Shown piece by piece: positions 19,399 to 29,311 of a DNA stretch of 64,000 nt. The position numbers were made by a program, and so were the translations under genes. The notes under the pieces were generated by a model. It saw only the letters and a list, made by a program, of their open reading frames with translations. It was not told the origin of the DNA and made no database searches. Numbering within the stretch: position 1 is the stretch's first letter; each line of letters begins with the position of its first letter. This DNA is from Patescibacteria group bacterium (GTDB taxonomy: Bacteria; Patescibacteriota; WWE3; UBA101185; UBA10185): assembly GCA_042571515.1 (NCBI GenBank), contig JBHPHX010000002.1:31164-95163 (forward strand). Direction: 5' to 3'.

Positions 19399-21508
19399 AT
19401 TCCACAATCACATCCCCAAGATAAATACTCCTCGTTCTAGATTTATTATCCATCCCCACAAAAACCATATACTCTCCCGCGTCCACAAACTCAGGCAAAA
19501 CAAATTCCACATTCTCAATATAAAACCTACTTTTCTCCCAGTCCTCTGGGCGTGTAATAGCATGGGAAGGAAGATTTGCCATTTGATAAATTTCCCCAGT
19601 TTCTTTATGCACAAAAGACGTGAACATCAAATACTCCTCAAGGGTAGTATTCTTATTTCCTCCTGCACCAACTCTATCATAAACCACCATAAGTCTACTT
19701 AAATTTCCCCTTTGCACTACTTCCTCCACTTCAAAATCTACTACAGTAACACCCTGAAAAAACTCGTAATTTACCTTTCTATCATATTCAAACCTTTGCT
19801 GCATAGGCAGTAGGGGCTCTTTTTCATGCGGGCCAACTCTTTGAAACACAAAATAATTACCACAACCAAGTTTCAGCGCATAATTTTCATCCTTGATTAA
19901 ATCCTCAATAAAACCCTGCACCATCTCTACGTCAATATCTAAAATAGTCAGAATCTTACGCGCAAAAACATCCACAATCACATAATCAGCCTCATTATAT
20001 AGAGCTGGAAAAATCGCGTAGGTCTCCCTTTGTGCCAAATGTGTTCCTAGGGAATCCGGTCCTGAAACAGACGCCTCTGGCGGTACTAAATTTACAATTT
20101 TTATAGCACACTCTCTATCTTTTCCTTCAAGTTCAGATAATCTAATCACTTCCCCCAACTCTAACTCCTTCCCTATTAACTCTTCTGTTGATTTTGCAAA
20201 GACTCTCTTTTTGATTGCTTGGGATAACCATAAATACACTGGATTATTAAATTTAAAAGATGTATAAACATTTGTTCCCAAAACTAGTGTCGCCAAAATA
20301 ATAATCGCAGTCTTACGCAATTTCCATTTTTTAAACTGTGCACTTAAATACCTTATCCCTAAAATTGTGGAAATAAATAAAATAGGAACAATCATAGAAA
20401 TTCGGTGGTTAGAAATCTCCGCAGTACCAATCCCGCCTGCAGTAGTCAAATAATTTATAGCTAAATCCGGTACTGCCAAAATAAAAAATGAGGGGTAAGC
20501 TAAAGGCAAATAAACTAGAGGCATAAAAGTACGGTTCAGATTATCTAGTTTATCCCCACCAAAAAACACCTCTGCTGTTTTTTTTGGTCTAATAAGCATA
20601 TTTGCGGCAATTTCCAAATAAGAGTCCCCAAATTCGTCATACCTACTGAGAAAATAGTTTGGTAAAGCTACATCCCTTGCAACAGAATCGTCTAGTTTAA
20701 TTGATTGTACAAATTTTTGATACCCCTCGACCCTGTAATGTGCATTAAGTGGGATAATCACGAAAAAAGCCATAAAAAACCACAGCGCGCTAATTCCAAC
20801 AACCCACAAACCCAACCTACCAATTTTAGTTTTAAAAAGCTCCGAAAAACTCTTAGCCTCGTAATTTCTAAATAGAAAAATAAAAATCCCACAAAAAAAT
20901 ATATACAAAGGGAGTTGCTCCTTGCCCATCATAGTAAGAACAGTCAAAACCCAAAATGCAGTAATTCCTCCTTTAGTAAAATTTCTATCTTTGTACATCT
21001 TCTCAAACACATAAAAAGCGCCTAGAAAAAATGGAATTACTGCTGTAACACCATGAAATCCGGTCCAAGCAATTAAAAATCCAATCGCAGGATATACTAA
21101 ATAAGAAATCCCCAATAAAAAGGCTGCAAAACGGGATTTTAGGTGCAACTCAGCAATTTTATAAATCAAAATGGAAGAGAAAATAACTAGAATAAGCTGG
21201 GAATAAACTAAAGTAAGTGCATGTGGAAAAACTGCGAACAAAGGCACAAACAGATACAAAATTGGGTCCACATGGCTCATCGCCCATCTGGGTAAATTAG
21301 TTCCAAAATAATCTGTAAGCATTAAGCCATTGCCTTGAGTTACGTTCCATACCATTTGAGTCATATTTCCAAGATCAAATTTTCCATAGTCAAAATTATG
21401 GTATCTAAAGGTATTTATTCGAATATTTACAAGTAAAATCAAAAGGGAATATAAACCCAAACAAATCAACCAAAAATTTTTCCTGATAATTTTTATCATT
21501 TTAGTCAA
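19397..21508 (-). CDS. DUF2079 family polytopic membrane protein with C-terminal soluble domain
   Basis: The N-terminus (FRYHNFDYGKFDLGNMTQMVWNVTQGNG...WAMSHVDPILYLF) is the DUF2079 signature as I remember it. Later motif: THLAQRETYAIFP...ADYVIVD. Confidence 0.8.
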   Translation of the reverse strand: MTKMIKIIRKNFWLICLGLYSLLILLVNIRINTFRYHNFDYGKFDLGNMTQMVWNVTQGNGLMLTDYFGTNLPRWAMSHVDPILYLFVPLFAVFPHALTLVYSQLILVIFSSILIYKIAELHLKSRFAAFLLGISYLVYPAIGFLIAWTGFHGVTAVIPFFLGAFYVFEKMYKDRNFTKGGITAFWVLTVLTMMGKEQLPLYIFFCGIFIFLFRNYEAKSFSELFKTKIGRLGLWVVGISALWFFMAFFVIIPLNAHYRVEGYQKFVQSIKLDDSVARDVALPNYFLSRYDEFGDSYLEIAANMLIRPKKTAEVFFGGDKLDNLNRTFMPLVYLPLAYPSFFILAVPDLAINYLTTAGGIGTAEISNHRISMIVPILFISTILGIRYLSAQFKKWKLRKTAIIILATLVLGTNVYTSFKFNNPVYLWLSQAIKKRVFAKSTEELIGKELELGEVIRLSELEGKDRECAIKIVNLVPPEASVSGPDSLGTHLAQRETYAIFPALYNEADYVIVDVFARKILTILDIDVEMVQGFIEDLIKDENYALKLGCGNYFVFQRVGPHEKEPLLPMQQRFEYDRKVNYEFFQGVTVVDFEVEEVVQRGNLSRLMVVYDRVGAGGNKNTTLEEYLMFTSFVHKETGEIYQMANLPSHAITRPEDWEKSRFYIENVEFVLPEFVDAGEYMVFVGMDNKSRTRSIYLGDVIVE

Positions 21509-22205
21509 AAAACCTAAATCTAATTAAAGTAGTGACAGCGGAAACACCATCTCTCCAAGTTATTTTTTTACCTTCACTGTGTGTTCTCCCTTTGTATGAG
21601 ATTGGCACCTCCTTAATTCTCATTCCGCTCTTGAGAATTTTAGCTGTAATTTCCGGTTCAAAATTAAATCTTGGGGATTTTATATCTATTTTTCTGACAA
21701 ATTCACCGGGCAAAAGTTTGTAACAGGTTTCCATATCCGTGAGCATTACGCCGAAAAATACATTTGTTATTAAAGTTAAAAGTTTATTTCCAAAATAATG
21801 CAGATTTGACATATCTTCATAATTTCCGGAAAATCTTGAACCATAAACCACATCAACATCCTCCTCCTCCAAAGTTCTTAGTAATTTTTTATATTCTTCC
21901 GGCTCATACTCCAAATCCGCATCTTGTACTATTACATGGTCCCCCGTAGTATGTTTAAAGCCTTCTTTTAAGGTAAATCCCTTGCCTGTGTTTTTATCTT
22001 TAAAAAAAATCTTGAGATCTTTATCCTCCTTCTGAAGTTTCTCCAAAATATCCCGCGTACCGTCAGTAGACATGTCGTCTACCAAAACATACTCTTTCTT
22101 TATACCGTCTAGCTTTACTGCTTTGACTTTTTTCAATAGCTTTCTAAAAGTATCCCTCTCGTTATAAATTGGTATTACTATTGATAGTTTTTGGACCTTT
22201 TTCAT
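21501..22205 (-). CDS. GT2 polyprenyl-phosphate sugar synthase-like glycosyltransferase
   Basis: LSIVIPIYNERDTF, VIVQDADLEYEPEE, VVYGSR. 8-nt overlap with the downstream DUF2079 gene. Confidence 0.85.
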   Translation of the reverse strand: MKKVQKLSIVIPIYNERDTFRKLLKKVKAVKLDGIKKEYVLVDDMSTDGTRDILEKLQKEDKDLKIFFKDKNTGKGFTLKEGFKHTTGDHVIVQDADLEYEPEEYKKLLRTLEEEDVDVVYGSRFSGNYEDMSNLHYFGNKLLTLITNVFFGVMLTDMETCYKLLPGEFVRKIDIKSPRFNFEPEITAKILKSGMRIKEVPISYKGRTHSEGKKITWRDGVSAVTTLIRFRFFD

Positions 22206-22208
22206 AAT

Positions 22209-23672
22209 TTATTTCCTGACCTCAATAATTTTTGTAAAAAATTCTGTGCCTCTAACATTATATCTAAATTCTTTAACTTCTCCCAAGTAGGGTCTTTTTA
22301 CAATATCCAACTCCATTGTGGGATTGTGCTCATTGGTTATAAGTAAGAAATCTACATCTTTTTCCAATAGAGTAGTATATTCTCTATTTTCCTTAACATC
22401 CAAATTTAGATAAAAACCACGGTCTTTTAGGTACCAATCCGAAACACTACTTACGTCGTTGTAGGCAATCTTACCGGTTGTATTTTTGGCGGCATATTCT
22501 GCACCATTTTTGACCGCAATAAAAATATCTTTATGCAAAATAATGGTAGAAATAGACCAGGTTAGCATGGAGGCTGTTACTAGGCCGAAAAAAAGGTGTT
22601 TCTTTTTGAAATACAGGGCCCCTAAAACAAAAATTTGTAAAATCACAACCACTAAAAATACATATTTAAACAAAATTAAAAATTGTAATTTGAGAAAATA
22701 CTGAGAAACAATGAAAAAAATTAAGAGTGTTAAATTTAAAATAACAAACAACAAGTTTTTTCTACTCGTTTTAAAATGATTACCAACTCCATCTGCAATT
22801 AAAATAATCAAAAATGGTAACACTGGAACAAGTAGTCTCGGGATTGCTGCTGGCCATAAAAGTGCTAAAAGTAGATCAAGAATAACAAAAACAATTATCC
22901 CAAAGTGTTTTTTTGATACTTTTTTGAAATTTAGTAAGCCAGTTGCTGACACAAATCCAAAAGCAAAAACCAAGCTTGCGAAATAAGTCCAAAGCATTTT
23001 AAAGTTATAAACTCTGTTTGCAGGTTCTTCAAAATAAGAGGAAGTTAGCGGATTTCTAAACATAAACCAAGGCAACAAAGTTATTAAGCTAGCCATGCCA
23101 AAATATATTAAATATTTCCAATTTTTTTGTATTAAAAAGTGCAAGCCAATTGCAAAGCCCAATAAATAACCCTCAAAACGAGTTAGGGTCGCCAAACCAA
23201 CAACAATTCCGATTAGACCAGGGTGATTTCTGTTGTAAAAAAGGTAAAAAGCGATAAGAGTAAACAATAAAAAAGGAATATCTGCATAAATCCTCAAAGA
23301 CCAATACAATAAAACTGGATTAAGAATAAAAAGTAAAAGGGCGAGAATTTTTTTATCATTTGGAAACTGTAATTTATCATTTAGCTTGTCAAAAAACCAA
23401 AGTGTTAAAAAACTAATTCCCAACATTACTCCCCTCCCCCATAAAATTGGATCCACATTCTTCGGTCGAATGGCAAGTAAAGTAGAAAACAGCGGGGGAC
23501 GTTTCTCATTGGTTGGATACGAACCTTCCCTCACATGTTCAGACGCACGTAAAATTCGGTAGGTATCTCCCCATTCGGCAATATTAATATTTAAGAATAT
23601 CAAATGCAAAACGATAAATGACAGAAAAATTAATGTTCGAGGATTACTCGTAAGCTTTTTTAACAAACTCAT
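22209..23672 (-). CDS. GT-C fold glycosyltransferase-like polytopic membrane protein
   Basis: Polytopic with a soluble C-terminal ~100 aa and an ArnT-like layout. Start uncertain: the ATG at 23672 was chosen to limit overlap with the upstream GT4 gene, whereas the track begins at 23759. Confidence 0.55.
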   Translation of the reverse strand: MSLLKKLTSNPRTLIFLSFIVLHLIFLNINIAEWGDTYRILRASEHVREGSYPTNEKRPPLFSTLLAIRPKNVDPILWGRGVMLGISFLTLWFFDKLNDKLQFPNDKKILALLLFILNPVLLYWSLRIYADIPFLLFTLIAFYLFYNRNHPGLIGIVVGLATLTRFEGYLLGFAIGLHFLIQKNWKYLIYFGMASLITLLPWFMFRNPLTSSYFEEPANRVYNFKMLWTYFASLVFAFGFVSATGLLNFKKVSKKHFGIIVFVILDLLLALLWPAAIPRLLVPVLPFLIILIADGVGNHFKTSRKNLLFVILNLTLLIFFIVSQYFLKLQFLILFKYVFLVVVILQIFVLGALYFKKKHLFFGLVTASMLTWSISTIILHKDIFIAVKNGAEYAAKNTTGKIAYNDVSSVSDWYLKDRGFYLNLDVKENREYTTLLEKDVDFLLITNEHNPTMELDIVKRPYLGEVKEFRYNVRGTEFFTKIIEVRK

Positions 23673-24843
23673 ACACCTTGTCAATTTGGGCAGCTTTGAC
23701 ATCCCAAGAATATAAATGCATAACCTTATAAGTGTTAACCTGCGGTGGATTTGTAACAACAGCTTTAATCTGAGCCGCTAAGTTTTCTGGATCCGCCTTT
23801 TCAATCTTAACAAAACCAGGAACCTCGTATTTAGGCTCAAAACCAGAGGCTAGAACAGGAATACCTGTAGCTAGAGCTTCTAAGGCAACTTTTGGGAACC
23901 CTTCAAACGAAGAGGGCAAGACAAAAATATCCGCCATCTGAAACGCAATAGGCACTTGGGGATAGGGTGTGTACCCTACCCTTATTACTCTCTCTTCCAA
24001 ATTATATTGATCAATAATACTTAACAATTTAAGTTTATACCCATCATCCTCTCCATCTGGACCTAAAAGCATAAGTTTATATTCTGGAGGAAGAAATCTC
24101 AAAGACTCGATCAAAGTATGGATGTTCTTTCTTTCCACCATTATTCCTAAATTTAATATTACTTTGTCGTAACGATCCAAGTTCAAGTCATTTCTGGTTT
24201 TTTGTTTTTCTTCGGATCCAGCCGACCTAAAAATTTCAATATTTACCCCAGATTCGATAACAAAACATCTTTCTGGATCAGCCTTATAATATTTGATAGC
24301 CTCCTGTTTCAACTTTTCTGAAACGAATATACATGCCGTAGCTCCTTTTAAGGCCCATTTATCCGCCTTCTGAGCCAAGGGCCAATCTAAAAATCTTGAG
24401 ATGGGACTCACATAGGCTTTTTCCTCCTTGAGCTTTTCCCAACGGCCTTTTACAGTATTATGAAAATGCATAACCATAGGGGTTTTTAGCTCTTTTGACC
24501 AAGGAAAAAACCTTTCTAGAAAATTTCTGTACAAATAAATCCAAATTCCAAAGTGCCCATGTGCGTGGATTATGTCAGGTGTGTTGCGCTTCCTCCACTT
24601 ACGATATTTAAAAAATATGTGAATAGCAGAGGTTAGAGCCACAGTTCCCTGTAAAGGAGCTCTCCAAACATGATGGATATTAACATCTGGTACAGTTACT
24701 AATCTTCCAGATCTTGGCCAACGAGCACAAAAAATTGTAACCTCATGTTTCTTCTTAGTTTGGGATTTAGTTATTTCATAAGGTGCGGGGGCTAAACCTG
24801 CCCAAGGAGGGGGCCACTCATATACGATTCTTGCAATTTTCAT
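23644..24843 (-). CDS. GT4 glycosyltransferase
   Basis: LPSSFEGFPKVALEALATGIPVLAS (E-x7-E region). 399 aa. Confidence 0.85.
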   Translation of the reverse strand: MKIARIVYEWPPPWAGLAPAPYEITKSQTKKKHEVTIFCARWPRSGRLVTVPDVNIHHVWRAPLQGTVALTSAIHIFFKYRKWRKRNTPDIIHAHGHFGIWIYLYRNFLERFFPWSKELKTPMVMHFHNTVKGRWEKLKEEKAYVSPISRFLDWPLAQKADKWALKGATACIFVSEKLKQEAIKYYKADPERCFVIESGVNIEIFRSAGSEEKQKTRNDLNLDRYDKVILNLGIMVERKNIHTLIESLRFLPPEYKLMLLGPDGEDDGYKLKLLSIIDQYNLEERVIRVGYTPYPQVPIAFQMADIFVLPSSFEGFPKVALEALATGIPVLASGFEPKYEVPGFVKIEKADPENLAAQIKAVVTNPPQVNTYKVMHLYSWDVKAAQIDKVYEFVKKAYE

Positions 24844-26015
24844 CTAGCCACCTTTTTTATAATTTCAATATATTTTGAAAGCATTACATCAATTGTATAA
24901 TTTTCTTCTGCAATTTTCATAGCATTTCTAGAAAATTGGTTTCTCAAAACCTCATCTTCCAATAACCCAATCAATTTACTCTTAAATTGTACCTTATCTT
25001 CCTTTTTTACTAGAAAACCGGTTTCGTTATCTCGCACCGCATCCGAAACCCCACCCATATCATATGCAACTATAGGCAATCCAGCAAACATAGCCTCAAC
25101 TAAAACCATAGGAAAACCTTCAAATCTCTTTGTAGGGAATACGAAAACTCCGTACTCTGGACTACTAAAATAATTTTTTAAAACCTCTTCGTACGTCATC
25201 TTTCCTAAAACATGAATATTGCCGTACTTTTTAACCTTTGACTTAAATTCTTTTAGGTAATCTCCCCCTCCAACAATATCTACCTCATAATCTAAACCCG
25301 GGAAAATTTCAGCAATATCATCTAATCCTTTAGTTTTGTCAATTCTTCCAACGTATAAGGCCTTTTTCCCTCTTTTAATATCTCCAACTTCAAAAGGCAC
25401 TATACCATTATGAATTACAGTAAATTTCTTTTCTGGCGCAAAGGTTTCTTCAATTAAGGAATTCTTCACAGCATTTGAAACACAAATTACTTTATCTGAT
25501 TTATGTACAAACTCTCTCTGACGTCTAAAAAAGTTTTTTATAACAAAACCTGTATTCTTAATAAGTAAAGTCAAATCCTGAGGAAATTTCACGCTTTTTA
25601 TAAAAGTGGTATACTCACCAATTATTGTGCCATGTGAAATTGAGATAACCGGAACATCAAACTCTTTTTTTCTCTTTATTACACCTAGTCCACTGGAGCT
25701 TTGGGCTAATACAAGATCAAATTTTTCTTTTATGTGAGCTTTTTCAAACTCCTCGGCCGACCTATTTATCCAATTAGATTTTTGGAATGTTCCAAAAAAT
25801 CCAAATATAGGCCCCATGCGGTAGACACAGTCTACAAATACGTATTTTACCCCGTTTTCTTCAGCTTGATTCGTAGAAAGGCTCCATTTTGGGGAAAATA
25901 CAGTAACATCGTAATTTTTAGCTGCTAAACCCTCTACCAAAGCCTTATTTTGGGTTTCTAGCCCCGCAAAGCCTTCATGCAGGGTGGTTTTCTTTGTAAA
26001 TACTGCTATCCTCAC
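24840..26015 (-). CDS. GT4 glycosyltransferase
   Basis: FPTKRFEGFPMVLVEAMFAGLPIVAYDMGG. 4-nt overlap with the downstream gene. Confidence 0.85.
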   Translation of the reverse strand: MRIAVFTKKTTLHEGFAGLETQNKALVEGLAAKNYDVTVFSPKWSLSTNQAEENGVKYVFVDCVYRMGPIFGFFGTFQKSNWINRSAEEFEKAHIKEKFDLVLAQSSSGLGVIKRKKEFDVPVISISHGTIIGEYTTFIKSVKFPQDLTLLIKNTGFVIKNFFRRQREFVHKSDKVICVSNAVKNSLIEETFAPEKKFTVIHNGIVPFEVGDIKRGKKALYVGRIDKTKGLDDIAEIFPGLDYEVDIVGGGDYLKEFKSKVKKYGNIHVLGKMTYEEVLKNYFSSPEYGVFVFPTKRFEGFPMVLVEAMFAGLPIVAYDMGGVSDAVRDNETGFLVKKEDKVQFKSKLIGLLEDEVLRNQFSRNAMKIAEENYTIDVMLSKYIEIIKKVAR

Positions 26016-26019
26016 AATC

Positions 26020-27201
26020 TTATTTTAACAGAAGTTTTTCTAGCTCTCTTACGTTTCTCTCAATATCAAACATTTTTATAGCTTTGGATTGAGCATTCTT
26101 TCCAAGCTCTCTTCTTAAATCCTCATCATTTAATAACATCTCAATTGCACTAGCCAAAGATTTGGAACTCTTTTGAGGAACCACCAAGCCGTTAAATTCA
26201 TGTTCCACAAACTCCAAAATACTACCTGCATCCGTTGTTATAATAGGCAATTTAGCTAGCGCTGCTTCTATAAGAGCATTTGGTATTCCATCAACATCCC
26301 CCTCCTCTAATGCAATATTAGGAGACACCAAAATATCTGCAATTCTGTAATACTGAGAAACCGTATCAAAAGGAACTCCCTTTTCACCCCCATGAAAAAA
26401 CACCATATCTCCCAAACCTGAGCTTTTCACCTGATTTTGTAGCTCTTTATGCAGGGGCCCACCCCCTGCTATATGTACCTCAAAATCATAATTCTTATCA
26501 CTTAATATCTCCGCTGCCTCAATTAGGTATTTGTGACCCTTTTTTCCTACCAAACGTGCACCCCCACTAAAAATAACTGGTCTTTTTGGCTTAACTATTG
26601 TTAGGGGAGAGCTAAATAACTCTGCCCTGCTCACGCCATGATAAATTTTGAAAATATTTTTAGCCCCTGGAATAAAATTTTTGCAAACTTCAAACACATT
26701 TGTGTTACAAACTGTAATAAATTTTGCTCTTTTAACTTTTTCTTCCTCCAGAGTTGGATATTCTGTTACATCTCTAGCGTGTGCATTTATACTAAAAGGA
26801 ACTCCCAAAATTGTGGCAGCTCCCATAGCAATAGTGGAAGGTTCACTCATAAAATGAGCGTGAATTTCATCCGGATTGTATTTAGAAAAAACTTGTGCGT
26901 AACCCACAGATTTGAGAAATAGATACACATTTTTTATTAGAAAAAATACCTCAAAAACCCGTCCAAACTTGGTTACAAAAAACCTCAGTGCACAAAAAGA
27001 ATCCCACCAAGTAAGACGGGCCTCCTCAGAAACAGAAGAGGAAAATTCGGACATTTTGCCCTCTCCTTTTTCTAAAAATAGCACCTTTACATCCAAATTT
27101 CCTAACTCTACAAGTTTGGAAATATCTCGTTCAATAAACGTCTCCGTAAGTTTCGGAAACTTTGGCAAAAATATAATTATTCTCTTTTTATTGGTTTCCA
27201 T
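26020..27201 (-). CDS. GT4 glycosyltransferase
   Basis: EGDVDGIPNALIEAALAKLPIITTDAGS. 393 aa. Confidence 0.8.
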   Translation of the reverse strand: METNKKRIIIFLPKFPKLTETFIERDISKLVELGNLDVKVLFLEKGEGKMSEFSSSVSEEARLTWWDSFCALRFFVTKFGRVFEVFFLIKNVYLFLKSVGYAQVFSKYNPDEIHAHFMSEPSTIAMGAATILGVPFSINAHARDVTEYPTLEEEKVKRAKFITVCNTNVFEVCKNFIPGAKNIFKIYHGVSRAELFSSPLTIVKPKRPVIFSGGARLVGKKGHKYLIEAAEILSDKNYDFEVHIAGGGPLHKELQNQVKSSGLGDMVFFHGGEKGVPFDTVSQYYRIADILVSPNIALEEGDVDGIPNALIEAALAKLPIITTDAGSILEFVEHEFNGLVVPQKSSKSLASAIEMLLNDEDLRRELGKNAQSKAIKMFDIERNVRELEKLLLK

Positions 27202-28561
27202 TACTTAAAATAGCGAAAGATTTTCTAATTTGCCTGTCTTCTTGCTCAACAAGTGCGTTTGTAGGCCTCCCAACAGCAAAATAGGTAAATCCAGCAGATT
27301 GTACCTCCTTCTTATCTAGCAGATTCCTACCATCAAAAATGACTGGAGTTTTTAGTAATTTTTTAGCCTTTTTTAAATCCAAGCCAGCAAATTCCTTCCA
27401 CTCTGTTAGTATAAATAGCGCATCCGAGCCCTTCATTGCTTCATATTCTTCTGCACAGTACGTTATATTTTCACTTCCCAATATCTTTTTGGCGTTTCTT
27501 GTAGCTTCGGGGTCAAACACCCTTATTTTTGCACCCAAACCTCTCAAAAGGCGTATAAACTCAATAGAAACTGATTCTCTGACGTCATCTGTATTCTCCT
27601 TAAAAGACAGCCCCAAACAGGCAAGGGTTTTACCAACCAAATTATTTCCAAAATATGACTTAACCTTTTTTATAAAGTAAAATTTTTGTATTTCATTAAC
27701 TTCCATTACACCTCTTAATAACTTAAAGTCATATGCCTGATCAGTGGAAGTTCTATACAAAGCAGCTACATCTTTTGGAAAACAACTTCCTCCGTAACCC
27801 AAACCAGCATACAAAAACCTTGGCCCAATTCGACTATCCAAGCCCATTCCCTCTGCTACAACCGATACATCTGCACCAGCACGTTCGCAAAGCTGACCAA
27901 TTTCATTTATAAAAGAGATTTTAGTAGCTAAAAAAGCATTTGAGGCATATTTAATCATCTCGGCAGACCTCAAATCACACTCTAAAAAGGGAGCTTTAAG
28001 GTGATCATATAGCTTTTTCATAATTCTCATAGCTTTTTTTGAATCGGCTCCAACCACTGTTCTGTCCGTGTTTTGCATATCTTCAATAGAATACCCCTCT
28101 CTTAGAAACTCTGGGTTAGAAACAACATCAAACTTTGCCTTGGTTTTTAAGTTCTCTTCAATAATTTTTCTGACCTGTTCATTTGTACCTACTGGAACCG
28201 TACTTTTAACCACTATAACTTTATATCCATTTAGATTTTTGCCAATCTCCTTTGCTACATCCCATACTGCCCCAAGATCCGCAGTACCATCATCCCCTTG
28301 AGGTGTTCCTACACAAATAAAAACCACCTCAGCGTCTCTTGTACCTCTAGCTAAAGAGGTAGTAAACTTCAATCTTCCACTTTTTATATTCTCCATGACA
28401 ATCTCTTTGAGACCTGGTTCATAAATGGGCATTTTTCCAGACTTTATTTTTTCTATTTTCTCCTTATCTATGTCTACTCCAACGACATTATTACCCCAAT
28501 CAGCAAAAACCGCAGCACCTACAAGACCTACATAACCAGTCCCGATAACTGCTAAATTCAT
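27188..28561 (-). CDS. ugd: UDP-glucose 6-dehydrogenase family protein
   Basis: MNLAVIGTGYVGLV... (Rossmann fold) and GGSCFPKD (catalytic Cys). The 457-aa length fits the UDP-glucose/GDP-mannose dehydrogenase family. Confidence 0.9.
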   Translation of the reverse strand: MNLAVIGTGYVGLVGAAVFADWGNNVVGVDIDKEKIEKIKSGKMPIYEPGLKEIVMENIKSGRLKFTTSLARGTRDAEVVFICVGTPQGDDGTADLGAVWDVAKEIGKNLNGYKVIVVKSTVPVGTNEQVRKIIEENLKTKAKFDVVSNPEFLREGYSIEDMQNTDRTVVGADSKKAMRIMKKLYDHLKAPFLECDLRSAEMIKYASNAFLATKISFINEIGQLCERAGADVSVVAEGMGLDSRIGPRFLYAGLGYGGSCFPKDVAALYRTSTDQAYDFKLLRGVMEVNEIQKFYFIKKVKSYFGNNLVGKTLACLGLSFKENTDDVRESVSIEFIRLLRGLGAKIRVFDPEATRNAKKILGSENITYCAEEYEAMKGSDALFILTEWKEFAGLDLKKAKKLLKTPVIFDGRNLLDKKEVQSAGFTYFAVGRPTNALVEQEDRQIRKSFAILSNGNQ

Positions 28562-29310
28562 AAGTATACTCCCTTTCTATCATTAAGGCGGACTTTTATA
28601 ACATCTCTTAGCATCAAAATGGAGTCTTTAATTGGGTTAAGTCTCTCTGTTGGCATATATGTCCATTCAACTGGCACCGTTTTTATCTTATAACCAAGTT
28701 TTTTGGCAATATATAAAACCTCAACATCAAAAGCACCAAGATAAGCTTCAGAAATTTCGGGGGCATCTTTTCCGTATATACTGAGTTTTTCAAATATCTC
28801 CTTTGCAGCCTCTTTTTTAAATAGTTTGAAACCACATTGAGAATCTTGGATTCCAGGCAATGCGATTACTCGGACAAAAAAATTGAATACTCTTCCCATC
28901 AAATGCCTGTATAAGGGTTCTTTTATTCTTTTTGCTCCCAAGCCTTCTCTTGAGGCAATAACAATATCAAATTCATGTTCAATAATCCAATTAGCCAGGC
29001 GTTTTATCTCACTAATTGGAGTTGAAAGGTCTGCATCGGCCATATATATAAATTTTCCCTCAGCGGCCATAATTCCAGCATAAATTCCGGGGCCCTTTCC
29101 TTTATGCTTGTTCCTTAGCAATTTTACTTCTGGGTTTTCTTTAGCATAGCTCTCGACAAGATTCGCTGTATCATCTTCGCTTCCATCATCCACAATTACA
29201 ATCTCAAATTCCTTTGCGAATGTCCTCATAAAAGAGGTGATTTGTGTTAGGGAGGCGGTTATATTTTTCGCCTCATTATAGGCGGAAATAACAATCGAGT
29301 ACTCAAGCAT
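28558..29310 (-). CDS. GT2 polyprenyl-phosphate glucosyl/mannosyl-transferase-like
   Basis: YSIVISAYNEAKNI, FIYMADADLSTP. 250 aa. Confidence 0.85.
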   Translation of the reverse strand: MLEYSIVISAYNEAKNITASLTQITSFMRTFAKEFEIVIVDDGSEDDTANLVESYAKENPEVKLLRNKHKGKGPGIYAGIMAAEGKFIYMADADLSTPISEIKRLANWIIEHEFDIVIASREGLGAKRIKEPLYRHLMGRVFNFFVRVIALPGIQDSQCGFKLFKKEAAKEIFEKLSIYGKDAPEISEAYLGAFDVEVLYIAKKLGYKIKTVPVEWTYMPTERLNPIKDSILMLRDVIKVRLNDRKGVYL

Positions 29311-29311
29311 A

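Noticed and set aside
19358-19702. 114-aa plus-strand ORF, and the 68-aa minus-strand ORF at 19408..19614
   Set aside because: Both lie inside the well-supported DUF2079 gene (19397..21508). Their composition is His/Ile/Asn-rich and junk-like, and there are no translation signals.
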